From contig CM102283.1 of the NCBI GenBank assembly GCA_046563655.1, forward strand, positions 9,982,001 through 10,046,000: DNA of 64,000 nt. Reading direction: 5' to 3'. Below the pieces are notes generated by a model. The model saw only the letters and a program-made list of their open reading frames with translations, had not been told where the DNA came from and searched no databases. Within the stretch, counting starts at the first letter, position 1, and each line of letters starts with the position of its first letter. The DNA comes from Yuukianura sp. NJ FZ-2021 (taxonomy: Eukaryota). Of the stretch, positions 1 through 13,249 are shown one piece after another. The position numbers were made by a program, and so were the translations under genes.

Positions 1-446
1 TGGATGGACTATGCAAAATTCAGAAGATCAAGTCCCGTAATTCAGTTAAGCTGTTTGTACCGCCGCTGGATCTTGGATTCACATTCACACATAGGCGACT
101 AACATTCCAGGTACTCTGTCAATTGATTTTTTTAAATCCACATTGATAAAACCTTTAATGAGTTCAATTGGATTTGATTGCAGGAGTTACACCTTCCACC
201 TGAAGGCGAATCAACTGCTCAAAGGACTACACACAAACCGCATCAACATCCTGTCCCATCCTCCACATCCATGTCGGGTTGCGGCGGAAGTAAAGTTGGT
301 TCTGTAATGGACTTTTAACTAATTAAAACTATTTTCAGTTAATAAATCAGTGGATGAATGATTACATCGGAAATAATCCGTTTTCTTGTTATTTAATTCA
401 GAATGAACATAAAGTCATTTCAGGGAAGATTGCGATTAATTCTTAA
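1..446 (+). pseudogene. Possible 3' fragment of an unknown spliced gene or pseudogene
   Basis: GT-AG introns at 111-183 and 290-338 join a frame WMDYAKF...HIGD*HSRSYTFHLKANQLLKG...ELINQWMNDYIG...AINS*, with an in-frame TAA at 100-102. The second copy has an in-frame 6-bp indel. No family recognised. Confidence 0.35.
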
Positions 447-2450
447 TTAATCTAGTAATTAGTGACTTCCAAGCAACTAACATTACAATTAACCGGATTT
501 TAATTGAAAATGACAGAAGAATTTTGAATAGAGGCAACTCTGGCAGCCACACACATCTCCATTTCACCCAGAAAGCGAAAGCACAACATGTGGGATTTAA
601 CCCAAATAAAATCAATAGAAACAACATATGAATGAAAATCAACATAAGATAATTAACATTTTTTAATCTTAATTAATGTAATTAAAACTAATTAAGTTTG
701 AGCGGATTCTTTGCAGTTTACTTAAATTATTATAAATTACCTGTTGTTTGTAGTATTTTTTAAACATGCACGCCCATATGTTAAGGCATGAGTGGTGCAG
801 AGTGAAAACTGTTTGTTAGACTGTTTATTTTTGTTCAATTTTTAAATTGAGTAGTTGGCGCCTTTGTTGTTCGGAAGGCGTCTTGTCACCTTATGAGGAT
901 CAAAAACACTTTCAAGGAGAAAGTTGTTTCGCCAATTGGAAAGTTGTGCAAATTACTAACCATTTAACGGTTAATTTGGTACTCAAAATGGCGGTTGATC
1001 AGAGTGAAACAACTTTCACTAGAGTAGTCCATCTTTATTCACCACAAGAAACACATCTTTTAACATAACTTCCATTTTACACGCTTAGATTTTGATTAAA
1101 GTGAATTTTCAAACAGAAACTAAAACTAGGAAGAAAGTTGGTGAAAATAATGCAAGGAAAGTGAAACTGGAAAGCTTTCGCCCTTTGATTTTGTTTGGAC
1201 AAGAGAAAATTTATGGAGAATTTGTGTTTTGAGAGTGGACAAAAGTGAAACTGAGAATAAAGTGGAGTGAACTCACACAGTCTCTCCCTGTTCTCAGCAA
1301 CTTTCTGTGCTTTTCACACTCAAAAAATTCAACTTTTTCTGACGAAATGATGGTCAAAAGTCATCACAAATTACTTTTTACGCAAGTAAATTGTTTCAAC
1401 TGTAGTTTCTTTTTCTAGTAGAAAAAAGAAGCAATTTAGCAGCAATTTCCTCATTAATTGCCATTTTTAGCTCTGTTTTCTTTTAAATAACATGAAAAAT
1501 TTAATTTTTAACTTTCATAAGAAAGCACAAAGAAAGTTTGGAGAAAGAATTTAGAAAACCTGAAATTGAAAAGCTTTATAGAACTTTTATTTGGATTTAA
1601 CAAACGAAAGTGCATGGAGAAGATGTGTTTAGTCTCCAAAAATCAAAATAAAATTGAACGAGAGTCAACTCCAATAGATTCTGCTGGTTCTGCGGAACTT
1701 TCTCCGTTTTTTCACTCGAAAATGTTTGTTTTTTGGGGGGTTTGGAGTTGGGATGGTCCCTCCATGCATTTTTTCCATTGTCACCCCCTCACTCCCCCAA
1801 CATCCAACTCCAAAAGAGTAAAACACTCCTTCGTTCTACTCCTTTCGGCTTCATATAAAAGGGAAGCTCAAACAAATTCTTCTCATTCACTTTTGTGATC
1901 TCACGCGAGAAATGAAGGAAGAGGAGACATAGTTCCCTTATGTGAACAAACAGGATCTGTTTCTTCTTCATCTATTTCTAATTGCCATTTCTAATTAACT
2001 CTTATTTTAGTTAATTAATCGATTGAATTTATCAATCTAATGATTCAGGGAATAGATGCATCAAAACATTGAATTTTGAATTTGTGAAAAGATGTTGGGG
2101 GTTTGGAGTTGGGATGGTCCCTGCATGCATTTTTTCCATTGCCACCCACTCCCTCCCCCAACATCCAACTCCAAAAGAGTAAAACACTCCTTCGTTCTAC
2201 TCCTTTCGGCTTCATATAAAAGGGAAGCTCAAACAAATTCTCCACTCCTCTCAACTATTTATGTGAATCTCAACCTCTGGTGCGGACCGCCGATGTAACA
2301 AGCTGCTTTTACAACTTTTGGTTTTTGTGATTTTGTCTCAAGTTCAAAGTCATCCGTGTGGCTAATCCTCTGAAAACAACAGAAACTGCGGACGAATATC
2401 TCAGCATTAGACGCCACTCCGCTTTGAACTTGAGACAAAAGTGCGGGAAA
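47..2450. repeat. ~2.4-kb duplicated cassette, copy 1 (copy 2 at 46020-48680)
   Basis: Colinear, visibly high identity with 46020-48680 from TAAGCTGTTTGTACCGCCGC to GAACTTGAGACAAAAGTGCG. Contains an internal ~150-bp duplicated module (1735-1880, 2091-2240). Ends ~200 bp upstream of the MECR ATG. Confidence 0.95.
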
Positions 2451-2643
2451 TCTTTTTAAAATTTCAAAGGTCAAAATCAAAACAAATAAAGATCCAGATC
2501 AAATTCTAATTCACCAGCTAATAAATTGAGGGAAGAAAGTGAACATTAACAATTTTAGTTATTAGTCTGATGTGACGTTTGACCTAGGACTACTGACCTC
2601 TACTGCTTGGGTCAACGTATCTACACAACAAAGTACAGCGACC

Positions 2644-3981
2644 ATGCTAACTGCCAATTGGAATGCTTGGCTAAAAGCCTTCGGCCCCTGGACACTGCGG
2701 ACGACATATCGCTACCTTTCGACCCAGCGCCTTGTGTATTCGGAATTCGGTGACCCAGCTCAAGTACTTCGCTTCGAACACAACGTGGACATCGGTACAG
2801 GGAAGGACCAGGTAAAGGGCACTTGTCTCCGCAGAAAAACAAATAAGTGTTTTTGTTTTAACAATCCATTTCTTATGAGTTTTAGCTTGTTGTGAAGATG
2901 CTTGTCAGTCCAGTGAATCCGGCGGACATCAACACAATCCAGGGGAATTATCCCATCAAGCCCAAAGTTTTTCCTGCCGTGGGAGGGCAGGAAGGTGTCG
3001 GAGTGGTTCTCAATCTTGGCCACGGTCCCAATCCAAATGGACTGGCAGAGGGTAATAAACTAACTTTTAACTAATGATAATTAACTTAACTCTAACTTTT
3101 ATCATTCTTAGGAGACTGGGTAATTCCAAAACATTCTGGAAGTGGGACATGGCGAAGTCAAATTGTTGCCAACAACGATGATTTTATAGCTGTAAGTTAA
3201 CTTGGGTTCAGTAGCTCACACATTTTGTCAAAAACTCAAAAATTCTTTTTTTCCCTTCAGATTCCAAAGATTGATGTAATTTGTGCAGCTACGCTTTCCG
3301 TGAATCCTTGCACTGCCTACCGACTGCTCAAAGATTTTGGGGAACTACAGCCTGGTGACACTGTCATTCAGAACGGTGGGAACTCCGGAGTAGGAAGGGC
3401 TGTCATCCAGCTCTGTCGCGAATTTGGACTCAAGTCCATCTCCATTGTGCGGAATCGAGAAGACATTGATGCACTGAAGAGGGAGTTGGAGGCTCTAGGC
3501 GATTCCAATACAATGATTTTGACGGAAGAGGAGCTTAGCCCAAAAGTTAGGCAATTGACATCCCAGTTGGCTCTCAACTGCGTAGGAGGAAAGGTGGCTA
3601 CGGACATGGTGCGAACACTCGGTAAAATCCAGTTTTATTCCCAGCTCATCCCAACAACGCAGATTTTAAATTCGTTGTTTCATTTTAGAACCCGGCGGCG
3701 TGATGGTGACATACGGCGGCATGGCGAGGAAACCCGTCGTTACTCCCACTTCCCTCTTAATTTTCAACGGGATTGCTCTCCAAGGATTCTGGATGACACG
3801 ATGGAACCACGTCAGCCCTCTAGAAGAACGCCTAGAAATGCTCAACTATTTAGCACAGCTCTCCAGAGACGGAAAGTTCAAACCACCAAATCACAAACTA
3901 GTTCCGATCAGGGATTTCAAAGAAGCATTTAGCAACACAGGGGGATTTACTAACCACAAAATTATTTTTGAATTCGACTAA
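2644..3981 (+). CDS. MECR: Mitochondrial trans-2-enoyl-[ACP/CoA] reductase (MDR family), 5 exons
   Basis: Transit-peptide-like N-terminus; motifs LVYSEFGDP, SPVNPADINTIQGNYP, GTWRS, AATLSVNPCTAYRLL, VIQNGGNSGVGRAVIQ, MVTYGGM, LQGFWMTRW. Exons ~2644-2811, 2886-3051, 3112-3191, 3261-3621, 3689-3981. Confidence 0.95.
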
Positions 3982-5368
3982 ATCCAAGTTGGAAGAAAGG
4001 AACCAAAGGTTGGTCCACTTCGATTATGAACAGCGTCTGCACTAATGTTAATTTTATTGACGAACAATACACTTAGTGTATAATTTGATATCCATAGTCC
4101 TAGAGACAAATATATGAGGATAATATGAAATAATTGGATTAGATTGAGATTGTTTAATTACTCCAGATCATGAGTTACTCGTAGAGTTAATTAGCAACTA
4201 CTCTACACGCTCTCCATTTTATGAAACGTAGTGCTCAGATGGACTCCAAAGTTGTGTCAACTAAAAGTCATTCCATTTGTAAGCATCTGAGTTGAGTAGT
4301 TCCTAAGGTCGCAAAATGACTAAACAGTGATGGAACTCTAGTCCAATGTTTAAAAAAGGCTGTCTAATTTCATTTCAAAATTAAAACTGTCCAATTAACT
4401 TTAAAAATTAACTCTTCTACGACGTGACTCATGTTAGCGTTTCAAAGTACTGCTCAACTGCCGCAGTAGGGCCTATTTTCTATCTCTTAACACGGCCTAC
4501 AATTTAGTCTTAAATTAGAAATAATTAACACAACAATTAACACTGCGGAATCATTCATCAGGACAAGGAAACATCACAAGAAAACAAGATTAAGCTGAAT
4601 TTTGACACGATCCCAACCATGTCCAAGTTGGTCAACTGCAAAACACAATGAAGTGGCTCCATTCGTAACAATGCTGCCCACAAAGAGGGCAGTGGAGGAA
4701 TGTCCTTGACATTCCGTCCACTACAACTGCATTTGCATAGTTGTCCTTACAAAATGTAAGGAGACTTATCTAGAACATACTAACCTAAATCCTTCAAGTA
4801 TTACAAGTTCCATTTAAAAATCAAAAATAGTTCTAGTTGAAAAAGCTCAACTGAAAAGGAGTAACAACTTGAGTAGGGAACTTAACATAAGAAAGACTTT
4901 AACACAAATTGAGCTCTCGTTTTCCATTGAATGTTTGCCACTGAACACTTTTGTTAAAAAGAGAGACTGAGGAGAAGCTGCCTGCAGTGCGAGGGGGACT
5001 TAAAAAATGGGGTAAACAGAATGGTAACTGAAGTTAAGGGCAACTTGTAAAGTGGAGATTTAAAAGTAGAGTTAGCAAGATCTTCTGTAGCTGCTTGTTT
5101 TGGCGTTTGGAGTAGCGGAATTGGGTGGTTCCTGAGGATTGGTTGGAGGTTGAGAGTGTTGGTAGTAGTAGTAGTATCTGGAGGGGATGTCGAGTGACTG
5201 TCGCTGAGGGACACAGCGTGCTCCTGGTCCTTGGCGTGAGCGAAGAGGAGACGCATATTCTGGCGGGAGTTGAGGGGCCCTTGACGCCTTCCTTCTGTGG
5301 AAGGGAGAGTAGGAGGAAGTGGAGTGATAATGGAGTGGCGACTGGATTGGGGGATGGTTCACTTGATG

Positions 5369-8300
5369 TCAAACCATCACGACGTCTTCCTTCCCGCAGA
5401 ACAGAAATGGATATTGATCAATCATCGTCTGAACCAAGTCCTCCAAGTGAGGCCTCATCTGCTCAAAGCGCAGCATGTCCACGAAGCTAAATGGCAAAAG
5501 CGTTGGCCACCAGCAAATGGCCAGATTCTTGGAGTCCATGGCGTTGATGCGAGAGCGTTCAGCCACTCGAACCAAATGAGAAAATACTATGCGCAACACG
5601 GCTTGATTTGGCGGCGGAAGACGACGTAGAAACTCCTTCAATTCTAAGAGGCGCAGAGATCGATCCGGAATCAGCGCCACCTACAAAAGCCAAACCCACA
5701 TTCAGCTGCTTACTTGATAAAAAGTAGATGAAGGATGCTTACTCTTTCAATATCAGGCATCATGTCAGTTGGGATGGGGACTGGGAGTCTTTTGGCCAAG
5801 AAATCTTTGAGTGCCGTTGCTACAGCGTTGACTGGAATGTCCAGACTCCTCAAATCAGTGTTCGTGTCTTCCGCCAGTCTTGCAAACAGAGTTTCCACAT
5901 GAGCCCGATTCCCAGGAACACGATACAATCCTAGGAAAAACCAAAAGTCAAAGCAACATCTATATAGTAAATCCAGAGTCCAGAGATAAAGTTGTGTTAC
6001 CCTCCATTTCCAATCCCTCCTCTTCGATGAATTTGACACATCGTTCCAGAATTCCATTAGGAGCAGTGGCTTCGTCCAACTACAAAGGAAAGCTAATTTG
6101 AAAAAGAACAAAGCATTTGTGTTAAAATGCTTACGGTGGCTCCAAACGTGGGTGTTGTCTGAGGCTGTTGCTCCGTTGACTTGGACTTTGTGAGTTTCTT
6201 GGGTGGTTTCTCCTTTTTCTTGGGTTTGTCTGGCTTCACTTTGTGGCCCAACACTGCTGCCATGTCGTCCTTCAGCCTCCCGAATGCCTTCCTCTCCACT
6301 TCAACAGGTGAAGATGCTTCTGGAATCAACACATTTCCATTAGACTCTTGGAGAAAGGAAAGAGAAACAAGGAACTAACCTGAGCCTTCCTCCATCGTGA
6401 GTGATTTATTTCTGGAGCTGAAGATGCCCGAGTCGCCTGAGAGTTGGTAGGGCACAAATCCTTTGGGGACTGTTGGGATTGGAGTGAAGATTGCCTTGGG
6501 TTTCGGTGGAGGAGCATGATGATGATGTCTGCCGCGTCCAGTGCTGGATCTCAAACTCTTCTTCCGGGCTCTTGGTCTCGAGAAATCTTCGGGATCAGAC
6601 ACTGGAGAGGCAGAAGAACTGGAGTCTGTGGCAGGCGGTGGGATTCGACCTACAATTGCACAAAGCCAAAAATTTACATCACCGCCCCACTTCCTCTCTA
6701 AAGAAGAACAAGGAAATTACATGAACCAAAACTCATCAACAAAAACAAATAAAACCAAATCCAGGAAAGCCACTCAAATCTTCTGGAGAAAGGAAAGGAG
6801 AGAGAAGTTATAGCTGGATAAAGATTGGATTTTGATGATGATTTGCTGACCTGGATTCCTCCTTGGTCTGCTCGACCTGTTTCGATGTCCAGTATCACTC
6901 ACATAGTCGTCATTTGGTAAGTTTGTGTAGGGGGGAGAAGTGTGTGGGAGTCTCATTCTGGCCAACGCATCCGTCACAGCACTGTACTCTGCAATGTTGA
7001 TTCTGCCTGGAACATTGTTTCCAGATTGACCAGCATGGTGGGGTCCAGAATTGGGATGTCTGAGCTGAGTGGAGGTCCCATTGTTGTTGAGAGATCGAGA
7101 GTGGTGACTTCTTCTTCCAGTGGCAAATGCAAAGTACTGCTGTGACTTTCCACTGCTGCCACTGGACACAGTGCCCACAGTGGGATTCTGAAGGTCACGG
7201 AGGTTCCTTCTAGCACCGCCACCAGCCCACACGGTCTCAAAGTCCCTGCTTCTCATTTGGAAGTTGTCGGAGGGTTCCATTTTGGGAGGAGTGGGGTGCT
7301 TCTGCTGAATGACTTGGCGCTGGCGGACTACTGACGGTCTCACGAGAGCATCTCCACTCCCCACTTCACTGTCGTCACTCGGCAGTTGCTCGTAGATGTC
7401 ATCAGAGTCATTGGTTGAGCCCAGTTGACTCTCTGCCGATGGAACTTTGGGTCTGGGAGGAGCTCTGTACAGGGCACATGGCGGAGACTCCATTCTGGAA
7501 AATGAAATGAAAACATAAAATAAGTTGACACAAAGTAGAATTCCAAGAGAGATTCCTCACCTGAATGCCTTCTCAATGTCGCTCTTTTGATCCCACACTT
7601 GGCGGAAGAACGGAGTGTACATTCCCACACCCAGTTCTCCACTCCAAGTTGTAAAGTGACCCCGCAATTCATCCGCCAAAGCGTTTCCTTCCGTAATCAA
7701 CTTTTGACCAACACTCGAACCAAACATGGTGGCTGCTCCACCTCAAATTCAAAATAAAATAAAATTCAAAATTCCAAAATAAAATTGAATATTATTTAAA
7801 TTCTAACCATTTTCCGTGACTGCCAGAATTTGAATGGGTAGATTTGGGACGTTGGATGAGAAGGCTTTGAGAGCGGAGAAAGAGGCGATGCGATTGGCAG
7901 AGTAAACAAGGATGAGGCCATGGACCAAATCTTCACGGTGAGAGGAAGCACCATGGTATGACGACAGAATTATCTGGAAAACAGAGTGATTTTGAAAAAG
8001 AGTGATGGCATAATGACATAAGGTTGGTTCATACCTGGACACATCTCCTCCGCTCGCCCAGAAAAGTGAGGAGACTGATGGCTTTGTCTCCAGTTTGTTG
8101 ACATGCTGGCAGAGTGAAGAGAGGAGTGACGAGAGAGGCAATGTTGAAACCATCTCCACAGAACATGCACATGATGACTCTGATGTCGGGCTCTCCACTG
8201 AGCACAGGTTGGTTTCCAAAGGGGGTGGAATGGGGATTAGCACGGTCTCTCAAGGACCGAACGAGGGACTGCAGGGCCTCCGCCAGCAACTGCATACTGA

Positions 8301-11300
8301 AAACAAAAATAGATTCTCTCTTCAAACACTTTTCACATGCCATCTTTTGAAAAAGTGAGTAAAAGTTTGTGTTACCTTGGTGTGCCGTCGGTTCCACTCA
8401 CATCTACAAATCCACATCCCAAACTGTCAGCCAAACTCTGGCCATCGTTGCTAAGCAGTTCCTTGTCTTCGTACTCTGCTTGATTGATTCTTGCATTGAA
8501 GACAATGACGACTGGTGGCTCAGCAAAAGGTACGTTCTCCTCTGCCAGATTCGTGAGGAGAGTCTTCTCCAGGTCTGCTTTCGTGTCCTCCAGAGTTTCG
8601 ACAGTGGAGTAAATGACTAATCTCGACTGGAGATGACCAGAAGTGTTGGCAGGGAAAGTGGCTGGAATGTCCAGCTGAGTCTTCAGCTCCACCGTGTACA
8701 CAACTCCATCCAACTCATATTCGTCATCCTCACAGATTTGTTCCAATCCTCCAATCCAAAAAACAAGCAATTACTGGATGAAATTGAAGTTAAAAGTGAA
8801 GTTGGGCTTACCATATTTGACACTTTCTACGAGTGCCTCTGCACCAATCAAGTAGAGAGTCAACACTGCATCCGTAGAGAGGTTGGTCGTGGCTCCATTG
8901 AAATGCGGCACTTTGGGGGCACTTGACTCCAGCAGTCTCTCGACCTGGACCAAAATAAGACATGAATAACTTAAAAATGAAGTTTTGGGTAGAAGTTTAA
9001 CTTACGATGGAGTCCATGCATGCAGGGGCTGCAGGGCAGTGTTCCCTGAGAGGACAGTGGACAAAGCCCAAGTGCTGGAGCAGCATGAGTCTCCTCTCTT
9101 GATCCAGTCGATCCAGTGCTTTGTATCTGGAGTCTTCCTGCAGAATTTCCACCATCTCCCTCACTTGTTGCTGCGTGATGGTGGCCATGGGAGACACAGA
9201 GTGCACTTGGGCAAAGATCTCTGCATGCTCCAGCATCAACTCCTGGAACGCCCTCTTCGCCTTCTCAATCAACTGAAAACACAATACAAGTCAGAGTACA
9301 GTCCATACTTTCATTGTTAATAGTTGAGTGTTAGACCTGTGCTTGATGCTGTTCATAGATCGTCTGAATCTCCTGCCCAGTCAGAGCTTCAAAGCAGTCG
9401 TGCCCCATAAAGAGAACTTGGAGTTCGTTGAGACTTTTGCCTGGAGTGACATAAGGCGTGTTGTCCAGGAGCAGTTTGAACTTGAGGCGATACTCTCCTC
9501 GCTTCCGATCCGCCTGGAGGGAATTGATCAGATTCCGCCACACCTACAAAAAGAGATCAAGTTCGAATTGAATAAGAAAGTGGAAAGTGTGCTAATAATG
9601 TTACTGTTTGAGCTTCTCCTGTTGAGAGCAAGTCGAGTGGGATGCGATTCTCTGCCCCTCTGAGGTTCGTTTCTGATGAGGATTCTGAGCCCCAAGTCCA
9701 ATCTGTCTCCTGTGCTAAACCGGAGGGGGCGACTGCAAAGTAGAGAGAGCAATCTGGATGATCTTTGATTCTGCCTATCACACTCTCCCACTCCTGGTTC
9801 TCAGGTAAAGAGTCTGGAAACAAAGTCTCCAGAATCTGAGGCAGACGCTCCAAGTAGCGCCGCTCTCTCCTGGACAAGAAGTCTTCCTTGAGTCGCTTCA
9901 GATGGCGACGGAACAGACGCTGAGCACAGTCTTCTCCAAACAACTCAATGTATCTGCAACAACAAACAAAAGTTAACCTTCATCACATCACAACAACCAA
10001 AAAACATTACTCTTCATCTGTCAAACTTTGGATTTCGGAAAATGAAAGCGATTTGTGTGAATCCTTTGATGATGAAATGGTTGTGGTGAAAGTGAAAGTG
10101 GGAGAAAGTCTACTTTTACACCCTGGGTGTTCCTCTTCCAATCTCACACTTTACACTTTCAAAGTGAAAGTCCTTGATGGAATCTCAACCTTCCAACTTT
10201 TGAGAGATGAAAGATGCGGGATTTGGGGAAAGTGTGGAGGTGTAAGTAGAGTTTAATTTGTTACCTCTGGAAAGCAGGGTACTTGAGTAGTTCTCTGCAG
10301 ATGGGGATCCAGACTGCTCTGTGATCTGTGACATGTGACTGGATGAGAGCCTGGAAGGAGTCTGACACAGAGTCCAGCATCTCCTTCCGATTCCTCGCCG
10401 TCTCCTGGTAGGACAGAGGGCGAATCCGGTTCTTGACCTTGTCAATCTGTTGCGCCAAAAGCAGAAAGGCAACATCCACATTCACGTTCTCATGAGCAGA
10501 AGTCTCCACGATCGGAATGTTGAGTTGACGAAACTCCTTCCGCCCCACCAGCTTCTCCGCTTCCTTCATGTACGCCTCACAAGCTTCATCATTTTTCGTC
10601 GTCACGAGCACAACAGGCTTCTTCGTCCGGATGATGTTGTACAGAATGGCTGCAGAGAACTCGGTCTGACGATCTATGGATCGACCTGCCAAAAATAAAC
10701 AACACAAAATAGGTTTTAAATATTCAAAACATGTTTCCAGTCATAGTTTTACCTGGGACAGCACTGACATCGTACACCACAACAAATCCATCAATGCTTA
10801 GTCTCCCATCCGGCAGTACTTTCTGTTCGTACTGAAGTAGAAAGATACGGATTAATTTGACAATCCATGTTTAGCATAGAAAGATTCACAAAGAATTGAC
10901 GGAGTGCTGTGAACTTGCCTCTTTCTCAATGCCCAGCTGACTTTTGCAAATGTACATGAGCTTCTCGGCAGAGAAAATTCTGGTACTCGTGCATCTCTTG
11001 ACGTATGGCTCCATTTTTCCGCCCTGGAAACAAACAAAACCAACTTAGGATGCAACCTTGACCTCTCGTTCCTCCATTGGAAAACATGACCTCTGACCTC
11101 AGAGGAAAAATGTAACGAATACTCTTATTTAGTTAAGCCTAACATAAGTGTGGAAATGACTCAAAAAGAGAAAGTTATTGATCAAAGGACTTTGGAAAAG
11201 AGTTCTACACAGGCCTTGAGAGACAGGGGTCACAAGTTGCATAGAAGGAGATGCTCACCTTGAATGGCTGGAACGTTGCATCATCGATAAACTCTGTCTG

Positions 11301-11700
11301 CTCGATGATGTTGAATCCAATTTCTGGACTGTCTTCCAGTGCCTTGGTCGTGTAGCCCCAGTAGAGGAAATGATCATTGTTGATCACACGACCACTGAAG
11401 TCAGTTACACTGAGGACGGAGATGTGCTCGGGAAAGTAGTCATCAGCCTTCGGTCGCACGAATCGATTACACAGGCACGACTTCCCTACTCCAATCTGCC
11501 CCTTTTCCTTCTCGCATCCTAAAAACACAACTTACTTTAGTGACCAATTATTCATACTCTTACTGTCTTCCAAGTCCAATCATGTACCATTCTAACTAGT
11601 TAATCTTACATTTTGTCATTTTGATTGACTAAAGAAGTTTACCTGTGAGTCCCACAACGGCCACATTGTAGACGCGGGTTGAGTCACCTCTGCGTGACAT
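5369..11700 (-). CDS. RhoGAPp190: p190 RhoGAP (ARHGAP35/ARHGAP5 family): N-terminal GTPase-like domain, FF domains, pseudoGTPase domains, C-terminal RhoGAP; multi-exon
   Basis: ATG at 11700 ([20 protein letters not shown]), [62 protein letters not shown]-like FQELMLEH..., GAP motifs GLYRVPGN and [17 protein letters not shown]. Stop at 5369. Non-coding 5' exons likely extend to ~12600. Confidence 0.95.
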
Positions 11701-13249
11701 TTGAGTACTTGACTGGAGACAGTGGAACTGGATTAGTGTAGTATCATCCCAACTTGTAGAGTGAATCAGATGTAACTCACTATAAAGTGATCCACTGGAA
11801 CTTGGCACTGTGCCTGGACTTGGATATAGGGCCTAATCCACCGTAAATGACCATCACACGAACCACCAAAAGAACAAGAATTAGATGAGAGTTGGGGTAT
11901 GTCACTTCATTCTGGGTTTGGCTATGACGAACTTAGAAGAAGAAGGACTTCATTTCCAGAGTGGGTGTAGATGACAAACCTAAATCACAACACAAACACA
12001 GATTAGATTAGACAGGGAATGACGGAGTTAGGAGAGCAGTTAGTGATCCAGTCCAATTCACGCAACGATGGAATAACGACACTCTCACTTACTGTTACAC
12101 TAAACTGTCAACTGTTGGACATTGGGCCATGGTTTAAGAAGGAATTTAGTAGTTATGGTAGAGGAAATTACAGATGGGGTAGTTACATACCTATTCCGGC
12201 TATCAATTTCCAGGGGATGGATATATTTTGGTTTGAGTGTTCACTGGTCACTGTCCAGCAGTTCCAGCGACCTGGAAGGAGGAGAATGCGGAATGGAAGG
12301 CAGTGGTTGCGTGTCTCTTCGGACGATAGTGTTGCGTAGTTTGAGCTTAGCCTGTTGTTCGTGTCATGTCGGATGTGGATGAATTAATCGGTGTGGCACT
12401 GAGGACCGTTGTTGCTCTACTGGAATAGGGATCCTTCCTGTTCCTGTCGCCCTGTCCAACAGAGCAGACTCAGACATGTGAATGGAATTTGTGTAATGCA
12501 AAGAACCTTACCCTTTATCGATCTCTTTCTCCGAAAACGGAGTAGTTCCCTCCGTCCCACCAGAGGATTCGGAGATCCAAAGGCGGCTCGCGGAATCTGG
12601 TGTTAAGATTAGTCGCGTGAGTATTTCTTCTTACTTGGATACAAGACACCAGGCTAAGATTGCACGTACATTTTCTGACGGTGTGCCAATTGGGGGGCGT
12701 AACAAATTGAGCCTGGACTCCAGAATATTGTTTGTCTTTTTACTCCTTCCAGCTAGTTGTCTCTCTTGGCACTTTGTTCTGCAATAGTGGAATCCGTTCT
12801 GATCCCTAATTACATTGCAATCAAAACAGTTGTAAAGACTAAACTGATGCCCAGCAGGAACACGAGTAGCCGTCATTTGGCCCTACATATTGGCGTACTT
12901 CTTCTAATGCGTACACCGCCGGCTGAGTTTCCAGAGGTCAACGTTGGTGTAGAATCGTTGGATGAAGTCAAACATAATAGAACAGAACATGATAAGCAAC
13001 CTTATTTCAGTTCTAACTTGTATAGAAGTACGGTGATAGGTGGTATGAACCTAACCTTAAGACAAAAGGTTCAGAGTTTTCAGAAGATTCACAGGATTAG
13101 TCAGGCCCATTTAATTTTAGCCTTTTTGAGTTTGACAAAAAGGAAAAAACAAAAGACCAGTGATAGTGAAGCAACAACAACAAGGGCAAGAACAAAACGA
13201 ATAACAGACTGAAGAAGTCTCCGACGAAGCATTAGTTGCGACCACCACG

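Noticed and set aside
47-2450. Cassette as Helitron, LTR or SINE
   Set aside because: No 5'-TC/3'-CTRR with terminal hairpin, no TG..CA ends with TSD, no A/B boxes or poly(A) tail recognised; left unclassified.
847-2480. Short ORFs repeated in both cassette copies
   Set aside because: Frames and starts differ between copies; the similarity is at DNA level only.
12019-13212. ORFs of 65-151 aa between RhoGAP and the BED gene
   Set aside because: No recognisable protein; minus-strand splice signals fit RhoGAP 5' UTR exons and a divergent promoter.
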